A stretch of DNA of 63,794 nucleotides, the filler included, from Octopus bimaculoides (taxonomy: Eukaryota), in the NCBI RefSeq assembly GCF_001194135.2. It is 8 parts of 7 records of this genome, joined end to end, with 100 filler letters (N's around TTAATTAATTAA, not from the genome) between each part and the next. Parts side by side here need not be neighbours in the genome. Positions count along the whole stretch, not along the records: positions 1 to 21,873 come from NC_068986.1; 7 more parts are not named here. One strand, given 5' to 3'. The notes below the pieces were generated by a model. The model was not told the origin of the DNA, did no database searches, and worked only from the letters and a program-made list of their open reading frames with translations. Numbering within the stretch: the stretch's first letter is position 1; each line of letters begins with the position of its first letter. The position numbers and the translations under genes are program-made. Of this stretch, positions 1-10,008 are shown one piece after another.

Positions 1-57
1 GTGGTGGTGGTGGTGACGGCGATTTTGTTGGTGTTGTTGGTGATTGTAGATATCTTG

Positions 58-111
<54 letters not shown>

Positions 112-278
112 TGGTGGTGGTGGTAGTAGTCATATTGGTAGAGTTAGTGGTGGTGGCACTAGAGGCGTTAATAGGAGTGATAAAAAATGGTGGCGGTATT
201 AGTATTAATGTAGATGGTGGTTGCGCTAGCTTTTGCATAAAAGAAAATGATAGTCACGTGTACTTGTGTATTTGTTAA

Positions 279-332
<54 letters not shown>

Positions 333-500
333 TGTGTCTGTGTCTGTGTCTGCGTGTGTAACAGAGAGAGAGAGAGAGAGAGAAAGAGTATATGTGTATC
401 CTTATATTTGTTCCTATATAAATGTGATTCATGTAGGTGTATGTACTTGTCTATGTGTGTGTGCGTGTGTGTGTGCGTGTGTGTGTGCGTGTGTGTGTGT
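1..500. repeat. Microsatellite cluster (GGT)n/(TAG)n/(TG)n/(AG)n
   Basis: Pure (TAG)n about 59-110, (TG)n 281-330, (AG)n 362-382. Confidence 0.95.
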
Positions 501-589
501 AGCTAAATATTATTAGAGGCATAAAAGAGATACATAAAATTAATAAACGGGAAGTAAGAGGGAGTATAGAGATGTGTATACGCAAGTAT

Positions 590-740
590 ATACACCCATC
601 TATATGTATACATAATATACATACATATATAAATGTATACATATATGCATATATTAAGTGCTTAAATATATCATGCATATATATATATATATATAAATGT
701 ATACATATATGCATATATTAAGTGCTTAAATATATCATGC

Positions 741-775
<35 letters not shown>

Positions 776-1131
776 CACACATATATGCATGTATATATAT
801 ACAAAGACACGAAAAAAACACAAACACATATATATACATACACATGCATACATATGCAAATATCTTAGTAGATCTATGTTTTATATGAGTGTGTGTGCGT
901 GAATGTATGTGTATGAAGGAGGTTTTATGTGTCTATGCGTTTATCTATATAAATATGTATGAGTGTATATATGTATGCATGCATGTAAGTTTGTGTGATA
1001 TATATGCACATACCTAAAAACATATGCACACTCATACACATACACACACACATATATTTGCATATGTGTGTGTAGATGAATAATTTGTATATATATGTAT
1101 GTATATATATATATATGTATATGTATATATA

Positions 1132-1168
<37 letters not shown>

Positions 1169-2014
1169 NNNNNNNNNNNNNNNNNNNNNNNNNNNNNNNN
1201 NNNNNNNNNNNNNNNNNNNNNNNNNNNNNNNNNNNNNNNNNNNNNNNNNNNNNNNNNNNNNNNNNNNNNNNNNNNNNNNNNNNNNNNNNNNNNNNNNNNN
1301 NNNNNNNNNNNNNNNNNNNNNNNNNNNNNNNNNNNNNNNNNNNNNNNNNNNNNNNNNNNNNNNNNNNNNNNNNNNNNNNNNNNNNNNNNNNNNNNNNNNN
1401 NNNNNNNNNNNNNNNNNNNNNNNNNNNNNNNNNNNNNNNNNNNNNNNNNNNNNNNNNNNNNNNNNNNNNNNNNNNNNNNNNNNNNNNNNNNNNNNNNNNN
1501 NNNNNNNNNNNNNNNNNNNNNNNNNNNNNNNNNNNNNNNNNNNNNNNNNNNNNNNNNNNNNNNNNNNNNNNNNNNNNNNNNNNNNNNNNNNNNNNNNNNN
1601 NNNNNNNNNNNNNNNNNNNNNNNNNNNNNNNNNNNNNNNNNNNNNNNNNNNNNNNNNNNNNNNNNNNNNNNNNNNNNNNNNNNNNNNNNNNNNNNNNNNN
1701 NNNNNNNNNNNNNNNNNNNNNNNNNNNNNNNNNNNNNNNNNNNNNNNNNNNNNNNNNNNNNNNNNNNNNNNNNNNNNNNNNNNNNNNNNNNNNNNNNNNN
1801 NNNNNNNNNNNNNNNNNNNNNNNNNNNNNNNNNNNNNNNNNNNNNNNNNNNNNNNNNNNNNNNNNTACATACATACATACATACATACATACATACATAC
1901 ACACATACATACATACATACATACATATATACATACATACATACATACATACATGTATACATACACACATGCATGCATGCATGCATACATACATACATAC
2001 ATACATACATACAT

Positions 2015-2045
<31 letters not shown>

Positions 2046-2046
2046 T
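590..2046. repeat. (TA)n/(CA)n low-complexity DNA and (TACA)n around N gap 1169-1866; includes a ~50-bp tandem duplication at about 628-741
   Basis: Direct reading; unit tataaatgtatacatatatgcatatattaagtgcttaaatatatcatgca occurs twice. Confidence 0.9.
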
Positions 2047-2484
2047 ATGAATAATACTAACTACAGATTTTTCTGTTGTGTCTATTTTATTTTGTTGTCC
2101 GTAAAAGACTCATCAAACATCGTTTATTAGTCCCAATTTTTGAAGAGAAGCATGATTCTGAGACGGTGGAAATGAGTTTTTCTCATTTAAACATTCAGTG
2201 AAATATGAAGAATTATTGTGAAAAGTATGATACGTTGAGACTAGAAAATGTGACAAAATTATCCTGTTATGTCCAACATTTAAAATACTGAGTTTCCAGC
2301 CATAACTTTATTCAGAGCCTTGTAAGAATGGAAGAGAACGTAACTTTTTATCCGCGAAGAAATCTCTAATCACTCAAAATCTACACAACAGTGGACACAT
2401 TTGAAATCCAGATCAGATATTTTCGGAAAGTAGTAACATTTTGTGAAGCATCTCTTACGTAAGTAACCCATACATTCTTCCACA

Positions 2485-2625
2485 TAGTTTCCATCTACCA
2501 AATTCGCTCACAAGGCATTGATCAGCTCATGGCTTAAGTAGAAGGTACTTTCCCAAGGTGTCACACAGTAGGACTGAATCCGAAACCACATAGGTGTAAA
2601 ACGACTTTCTGATTCACACAGCCAT
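2485..2625 (-). mobile_element. Decayed tRNA-derived SINE, family A fragment
   Basis: Reverse-complement similarity to family A copies at 17935 and 22125. Confidence 0.7.
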
Positions 2626-2799
2626 GTTTGTGTCTAAAGAGCCTTGTCTGCTCCTTCTGGCCATACCTTGCATATAAATATTTTCCACATTTTGTTGCTT
2701 CTGATTCTTCCGAATCAATACCATTGAAAGCTACACAGACAAACGTGCAACGACCCGGAATGAACTCCAGAAATTTGAAGGAATCGAACTGATGCCAGA

Positions 2800-2950
2800 C
2801 CCAGCATATAGTCCGGAAGTACTTGATTGGAAATTATTTTATTGACTCCGTAAGGACGAAAGGCAAAGCTTTTCGCGGCGGGATTTGAACTCAGACCATA
2901 GAAGAAATGCTGATAAGCATTTTTACCGATGCGTAAACGATTCTGCCCGA
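2800..2950 (-). mobile_element. Decayed SINE family B
   Basis: gaaaggcaaag...gatttgaactcag, the reverse of the family B body and B-box. Confidence 0.7.
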
Positions 2951-3367
2951 AGAACTTTTATAAAACGTGAAATTACCAGGAATCTTCTCGTATATGTAAC
3001 TATTGTTGAAGCTTCATTCATTTCAAGGAATGTTTCTAAGCTGAATATTAGATGATTATTCACCAACGATGTTTCTTCATTCGGACAAATAAGAAGCAAC
3101 AATGGTCAAGACGGAATTGTTTGCACTCACGATGATCGTGAGTACAAACCACTCTTTAAATATATTCCTGTCTTAAGTGGGTATTCTACTTCATTTTCAA
3201 TGTCTGATAATATTCAGAAAATGTTTATTAAGTTATACACTATGCTAAAAAGCAAGTCTTATTGGTTATTTTCAGATCACTTTAATTAATTTCGTAAAAA
3301 AAATATAACAGTTTAATTTTCGATATTTTACTGAGTGTAGAATATTGATAATATGTATATTGTCCTG

Positions 3368-3552
3368 AAGGTAGTGAACTGGCAGAATTGTTAGCATGCT
3401 GGATTAAATGCTTAGTGACATTTCGTTCGTGTTTACGTTCTGAGTTCAAATGTCACCGGGTTCGACTTTGCCTTTCATCCTTTTAGGGGTCGATAAAATA
3501 AGTTCCAGCTGAGTACTAGAGTCGATGTAATCGATTTAGTTCCTTCCTCGAA
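3368..3552 (+). mobile_element. SINE family B, 3' tail truncated at the junction with the GC-rich rDNA-linked block
   Basis: A-box-like ctggcagaattgttag, B-box gagttcaaat, family body ctttgcctttcatcc. Confidence 0.85.
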
Positions 3553-4160
3553 ACTGCATACGAATCGGGCCCGATAGGATCCACTGGGTCATCAGACCCT
3601 CCCGCATAGCCAAGGAGGACCCCGCCCCGTATAGCAAATGCGAATTACACAAAGTCGATGCGACCACCCGTACAGTTGACGCGAACCCCTGCATAGCTGA
3701 CGCGACTGCATGGACGCCCCAAAACCTACGTCTCAGGTACACGCAAACCAACTTGGTGCGATGGAATCCGCCAGGCTGCCCCTGAGCAACAAGGGAAGGC
3801 AGACAAGCTCTGCACCCTACAGACTGGGAGCATAGTTCGGAACCTTAACACACAAGCAGGATCATCCAGAACACAAAGAGGATCACCCAAAGATGATAAT
3901 ATACCTCCGATCGGCCTCAAACACGGAAAAAGTACCACCAATGAACGGACGCAACAACCGATGACCGACGATCCCAATACATCTCGGTCGTCTCGTCCCG
4001 GATCTAGCAGGCTCTCCCACGGTAAACGGTACCGCTATGAGAGATTGGGACGTTTTTAATTTTTCCAAATTGGAGGGACCAATTCGGTATGGTTGGATTT
4101 CCCGGCATAGCTCCGACCATGGAGTTAAGCTCTTTTATCGCGATAAGGTTGCGTCCCAGA
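3553..4160 (-). mobile_element. Putative 5' end (5'UTR and start) of a 28S-specific R2-type retrotransposon
   Basis: GC-rich non-rRNA sequence begins where 28S homology ends, at the canonical R2 target; no R2 protein motif seen. Confidence 0.55.
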
Positions 4161-4167
4161 AAGAGTC
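4075..4167 (-). ncRNA. Candidate HDV-like self-cleaving ribozyme spanning the 28S/R2 junction
   Basis: Manual fold gives P1, P2, P3, L3, P1.1, P4 and J4/2 in HDV order, with a few mismatches. Confidence 0.5.
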
Positions 4168-4555
4168 ATAGTTACTCCCGCAGTTTACCAGCAATTGGCT
4201 GAATTTCATCACTTTGACATCCAGAGCACTAGGCAGAAATCACATCACGTCTGTGCGGCTCAGCCGGCTACGCGAAGCTCTGTTTTAATGAGAAAGTCGA
4301 TTCTCCTGGTTCGTACCAGTTCCAAGTCGACCGTTCGGGGCCAGTCAAACACCTGCCTCACATCGTAGTGTGACGACCGATCCTACGCGAGGAGGAGCTG
4401 GATCGCGCGCACCGATGTGACGGTGAGCTCGAAGCCGTGTCGCCCACAATGTCCAAGGTGTGGGGCCCTGTTGATCGCACCCACTACGCCCCGGACTATG
4501 AAACCGCACGCCGCCAGACGACGGTATCCGAACGTGCTCAGAGGCGCTGCACGGG
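4161..4555 (-). pseudogene. 28S rRNA fragment: conserved core 4161-4345 plus probable GC-rich expansion segment
   Basis: + strand agagtcatagttactcccgcagtttacc...tttcatcactttgacatccagagcactaggcagaaatcacatc...gtaccagttccaagtcg matches the reverse complement of the conserved LSU core upstream of the R2 site; extent beyond 4345 is inferred from GC content. Confidence 0.85.
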
Positions 4556-5244
4556 TTCTTTAAGGATGCTGAACGAAATACCCTTGCTCTACTAGTAAGG
4601 GTGATGTGGTCTTGTGGGGTTTCTACTAGAAGCCTTCGGAAGTTTCTGTTCTTTTGGGGAATAATTGCTTGGATTATTGCTGAATTTTTTCGCAATCATT
4701 CTTTTTACACGCCTCTCATCATATCGTATTGTATCGTCCTGTGTTGTCCTCCATCACTTTTGTAAACCATTAATCGTCAAGAGTAGTAGTAGGAGGAGGA
4801 GGAGGGGGGAATACCAGTAACAGCAGCAGTTGTGCTGTTGTTGTTTGCTTAATAAAAGGTGAGATATCCATTTGTTATTTACCCGGAACCATGATTAAGA
4901 TTGAGATGTGACAGTTTGCAACGACGCCCTTAAAAATAACAATGGTTAATAGAGAGTTCGGGATAGATAAAGTAGCTAATATTGAAACATTATATACTGG
5001 GTTTTATATACAAAATTACATTGAGCACACTTACACACTTTCTCCTTACCCTTCTTTCTCTGTCCCTCCCCCTTCTCTCTCTCGGTATATGTATGTGTGT
5101 GTTTGTATGAGAATGTGTGTGTCTGTGTGCATGCGTGTTTGTATAGGTGTGCTTGCAGATATATATGTGGGTGTATTTGTATGTGTATGCACTTATAAGG
5201 ATATAAATATATGGATGCATTTCCATACCTTTGTGTACATATAC

Positions 5245-5280
<36 letters not shown>

Positions 5281-5561
5281 NNNNNNNNNNAGCATAAACA
5301 GAGAGTGAAAAAAGCTTGTAGATTTCAGCGGTCCACCTTATATATATAGGTTATGAGAGGTAATGGTATTAAGCAGACCCAAAAGTGTCAGGTAACGTTG
5401 AGTAAGTGCTATGGACAGACTAAAGTTAAGCTCCAGGTTTGGTGATTATGTGAATGAGGAGTCCAACGTAGGTCATATATCAGCATGTCTATATATAAAA
5501 AAAATTAACAGAATGAGATAAAAATCCAGGGCTGTGAAAGATTTCAGAACATTTATAAATA

Positions 5562-5611
5562 GGCCTTACAGCTGTTTCTGGGATATTTTATATATCCCTT
5601 CATCGGAGACG
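5562..5611 (-). ncRNA. Minimal type I hammerhead-like motif, Penelope-type, with core variant
   Basis: CGTCT-CCGATGA-A-GGGATAT(ATAAA)ATATCCC-A-GAA-ACAGCTGT-A-AGGCC; palindromic stem III. Confidence 0.55.
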
Positions 5612-5741
5612 GTGTGAGAAAATGGTTAAGTAATAGTTATTCTAGATAAAATATGAAATAGAGAGTGAAGTGGAGGAATGAAAATAGACGTGAGATATGC
5701 AGGAATATTTTATCTTCAGTGCCATTATTTAGGCAGAATGG

Positions 5742-6597
5742 GGATCTTTTTGGTTTGACGGGCAAAATTTTTCATTTATGTTTTATGTAGTGTTTTTGGT
5801 ACCGAAACACTTTCAAACTTCGTATACTTGTATATTTTGTGTTATAGAACAGATAAAAAATTTTGTATTCGAAATTATTTCATGTAAAAAATTGTCGTAT
5901 TTCGGTAATTTCAACCAATCACGGACGTCTATTGAGGTGAAAACAATTACTGCCGTAGAATGTAAACAACATATTCTAACGGTGTTATGGGATCTTTTCC
6001 CTTGAATAAAATTAGTGCCCTGTTTGTCAACAACAACTATCGGTGGTACTGTTATTTATGACATCGTTCGTGCGTTTGTACTGGTTTTAGCTTTAGGATT
6101 ACGGTTAGGGTTATGATTATTTTTGCCATAACCTCACTCATAACCTTAACCCTAACCCTAAAATCCTATAACTCATAACCCTAACCCTAACCCTAACCCT
6201 AACCCTAACACTAACCCTAACCCTAACCCTAACCCTAACCCCAACTCTAACCCTAAAACCCTAACCCTAACTCTAAAACCCGAACCCTAACCCAAACGCA
6301 CGAACGATGTTATAAATAACTACCGCCGATAGTTGTTGTTGACAAACAACGGCACTAATTTTATTCAAGGGAAAAGATCCCATGACACCGTTAGAATATG
6401 TTGTTTACATTCTACAGCAGTAATTGTTTTCACCTCAATAGACGTCAGTGATTGGTTGAAATTACACAAATACGACAACTTTAACATGAAATAACCTATT
6501 AGAAAAAAATGTTTTATATGACACATTCTACCAGTATCCCAGGTTTGAAAGTGTTTCGTTAAGAAAACAAGTGTTGCCCGTCAAACCAAAAAGATCC
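5742..6597. mobile_element. Foldback MITE with ~305-337 bp TIRs, 8-bp TSD CAGAATGG and a telomeric-repeat core
   Basis: Arms 5742-6078 and 6293-6597 are reverse complements; CAGAATGG at 5734-5741 and 6598-6605. Confidence 0.9.
6085..6293. repeat. Interstitial telomeric repeats: degenerate TTAGGG then (CCCTAA)n
   Basis: Many CCCTAA units at about 6145-6293; TTAGGG-like units at 6085-6117. Confidence 0.9.
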
Positions 6598-7084
6598 CAG
6601 AATGGTATACATATAAGATTCCTCTACCCTGTGAGTAAGTTCCAATAGTATTTAAAATTGGTCATTCCAAGCATAGAGTTTGTAAACGGTGTTATTGAAT
6701 CGAGGGTTTTTTTTGTTTTGTTTTTTTGAAGTGACTTAAAAGTTGGGAATGTGTTTGTAAGGTCAAATCAAAAACAAGAAAAGAGGGGAAAAGAAAGGAA
6801 AAAAGAAAAAGAAAGGCGGGGAGAGAGATAATAGAGAAATGAAGAGAGAGAAGGTGTACTGGTCAGTGGTCAGTCAGGATAAATTGATAGAAGGAATGGG
6901 GAGGTGAGGGTGATAGAGAGAGAAATATATGAGAGTGACACTCTTTTACTACTTACCCTCTCGTCTTTTTAGACTCTCATATCTTTCTCTCGCTATCACC
7001 CTCACCCCACCCCCATTCCTTCTCCCTGACACTCCTTTACTCTTTACACTCTCATCTCTTTATACACATATAAGCAAACATTAC

Positions 7085-7284
7085 TTTCAACGGGTCGAGG
7101 TACACTCAAAAATTTGACTGCGATTTCAAACGGTCCAGTATGTAGGAGTATGTCGAAAGCGTTGACCGGGTAAAATCCCTGCCGAACACCAGATATAACA
7201 TCTTAATGGGTAATAGTTGGTACGGGGAACGTAGAAGATATCAATACAAGGTCAGAGGTGGGCTTAACTTCAATACGGAAAACA
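7085..7284 (-). pseudogene. Possible LINE reverse-transcriptase remnant
   Basis: Translation contains DVISGVRQG (7177-7193), resembling the LINE RT SGVRQG motif; in-frame stops; single motif only. Confidence 0.3.
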
Positions 7285-7534
7285 NNNNNNNNNNNNNNNN
7301 NNNNNNNNNNNNNNNNNNNNNNNNNNNNNNNNNNNNNNNNNNNNNNNNNNNNNNNNNNNNNNNNNNNNNNNNNNNNNNNNNNNNNNNNNNNNNNNNNNNN
7401 NNNNNNNNNNNNNNNNNNNNNNNNNNNNNNNNNNNNNNNNNNNNNNNNNNNNNNNNNNNNNNNNNNNNNNNNNNNNNNNNNNNNNNNNNNNNNNNNNNNN
7501 NNNNNNNNNNNNNNNNNNNNNNNNNNNNNNNNNN

Positions 7535-7760
7535 TATATATATATATATATACACAATATATGAGTATATGCATATATATGTACATGTATGTACATACCT
7601 TCATCTACATGTACATATAGATACATAACTGGGTACATGACGTGGCAAAAGAATATGGACAAAATGATAAACAAGGTACAACAAACAAGCAGGCCACATA
7701 GAAACATCTCCTTCATCAGTTGCCACCATTAAAACACCGGCGTTTCGAAGAATTAAGGCA
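7535..7760. mobile_element. Non-autonomous repeat associated with (TA)n; related copies at about 37970-38195 and 57597-57860
   Basis: Shared gagtatatgcatata...acatctacatgta...ttcatcagttgcc...gcgtttcgaag architecture in three copies. Confidence 0.7.
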
Positions 7761-7904
7761 GTATATATATATATATGTGTGTGTGTGTCTGTGTGTGTGT
7801 GTGTGTATGTGTGTGTGTGTGTGTGTGCGTGTGTGTGTGTGTGTTTGTGTGTGTGTCTGTGTGTGTCTCTAAATATATGCATATATAACCAACATTTATA
7901 CGCG

Positions 7905-7939
<35 letters not shown>

Positions 7940-8419
7940 ACACACATATATGCATAAACATATATATTTATATACATATATATATAACGTGTGTGATTAT
8001 GCATGTAAATATGTGCTTGTATGTGTGTGCGCGTGCGCGTGCTTCTATGTGCATGCGCGCGTGCGCATAAGAGAAAACTTGCGTTGTATTGCGCATGTAC
8101 GTACGCTGATAAAAACTTACCGCAACTCACCAAGCTTCCGGTACACACATACAGTTATACTTTCATACAAGCATACCAACAAAACAAACATGGCCACACC
8201 AATTATGAAAAAAGGACATTGTTCATAGATGGTAAATACTCTGTTTACAAAGTGTCGATCTCTGTCTTCCATCCTTCACTTTTGCTAATGTTTGTGGAAC
8301 ACAGCGAAACAAGGAAATTGCTTTGCCCTCAACTGTGTTTGTTGGCAATGAAAAAATTAAAATCCAAAAGTCAGTTTCGATAACTACCTACTACTACTAC
8401 TGCTGCTGCTGCTACTACA

Positions 8420-8463
<44 letters not shown>

Positions 8464-8889
8464 CACTACGTACTCCTTGTTGAAGGAACGACTGCTTATA
8501 ATATTAACACACCGACCTTTTTCAAAATGAACAAAGAATAACATTATTTCTATCTAATCCTTACTGCCGTTATTAACGTTATTTCTGTTGTTGCTGCTGC
8601 TGCTGTTGTTGTTGTTGTTGCTTAGTCCCAGACCTGCTCTCATTGAGTAGAATTACGATCAAAGGCTATGGTCATACCTTATATGTTTGCATTTATAATT
8701 TATTTTCTCCTAAATATTTATATATTCATTAAGTTGGAAAGAAAATCCTGTCACATTTTTAACGTGATCACTTCGAGGGTATTATTTCAATACGATAGAA
8801 TAAGCATTAATTTTAATATTCTAATGCGTTCTTTTTTTTTTTTTTCTTTCTTCACTGATTACTGAATACCATAGTGGTCGATTTTGTAT

Positions 8890-9475
8890 CAATTTTACTC
8901 TTCTAAAATGTGCTTAGGTGAGACCGCGGCAAGAAATATTAGTTTCATCAATGGAAATGAAGCTCTAAGTGTCCGGAGAAGCCAAAGATGGTTTGGCCAG
9001 ATTCACTCGGGAAATTTTTCTCTCGCAAATTCTGTTTGATCTGGACAATCAAGTGCTGTCGATATTGAGCTTCTGAAAACTGTAGCTGAAGAAAATCTAG
9101 TGCAAACTGCGCAAGAATTAGCAAAATAATTCGAGTCACACCTGGATCATAAAACACCTTTATGAACTCGGTAAAGTGTCTGGACTTGATCAGTGGGTTC
9201 CTCGTCATCTGAATGCTTTCAGCTTAATCAAAGAATTCTGGGTAGAATAATCACAAGTGTTGAAATGAGAGTTCTCTATAACCATATCCAATGAATATGA
9301 CAGTGATTGGCAACCATTAGAAAAAGAGAATCCATTGGAAAAGGAGAAGCCAGGAGTACACTCGAAAAAATTTATGCCCTGTGTTAGACCAAAAGGAAAC
9401 AGCTAATGCAGAGAATTATTGTCGTTAATTGGAAGCGTTGCACAAAAGTTTGCGGGAAATCCTCCACTGGTCAAT
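8890..9475 (+). pseudogene. Mariner transposase remnant
   Basis: HTH region QRWF..SGNFSL, WVPRHL (9194-9211, cf. WVPHEL), RIITSVE, HSKKFMPC, ETANAENYC; stops and frameshifts. Confidence 0.85.
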
Positions 9476-9579
9476 TATAAAGAGTTGTCCACTTATTTAT
9501 TTATAGCAAGGCCACAGTATTTCGTTTTGAAGCCATAATATACTACTAAGTATATTAAAGGTATGCAAGTCATTATTGT

Positions 9580-10008
9580 GGCAAGCTGGCAGAAACGTTA
9601 GCACGCCGGGCAAAATGCTTTGCGGTATTTCGTCTGTCTTTACATTCTAAGTTCAATTTCCGCCGAGGTCGACTTTGCTTTTCATCCTTTCGGGGTTGAT
9701 TAAATAAGTACCAGTTACGCACTGGGGTCGATGTAACCGACTCAATCCGTTTGTCTGTCCTTGTTTGTCCTCTCTGTGTGTAGCCCCTTGTGGACAGTAA
9801 AGAAATAAGAAACGTTAGCACGCCGGACGAAATGCTTAGCGGGATTTCGTCTGTCTTTACGTTCTGAACTCAAATTCCGCCGAGGTCGACTTTGCTTTTC
9901 ATCCTTTCGGGGTCGATAATTTAAGTACCAGTTGCGTGCTGGGATCGATCTAATCGACTGGCTCTCTCCACAAAAATTTCGGGCCTTGTGCCTAGACTAG
10001 AAAAGAAT
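9580..10008 (+). mobile_element. Composite SINE: B body + Tx1-like tail (9743-9809) + second, 5'-clipped B copy
   Basis: Two B bodies separated by a 67-nt linker; same structure at 59166-59586. Confidence 0.9.

Noticed and set aside
925-2130. Long ORFs of 200-450 aa here and at other gaps
   Set aside because: They run through N gaps and (TA)n/(CA)n/(TACA)n repeats; translation artefacts.
4161-4555. Functional rRNA gene
   Set aside because: Short fragment with no 18S, 5.8S or remaining 28S, surrounded by SINEs and microsatellites.
6085-6293. Telomere fusion or chromosome-end relic
   Set aside because: The repeats lie inside a TIR element with a TSD; better explained as MITE cargo.
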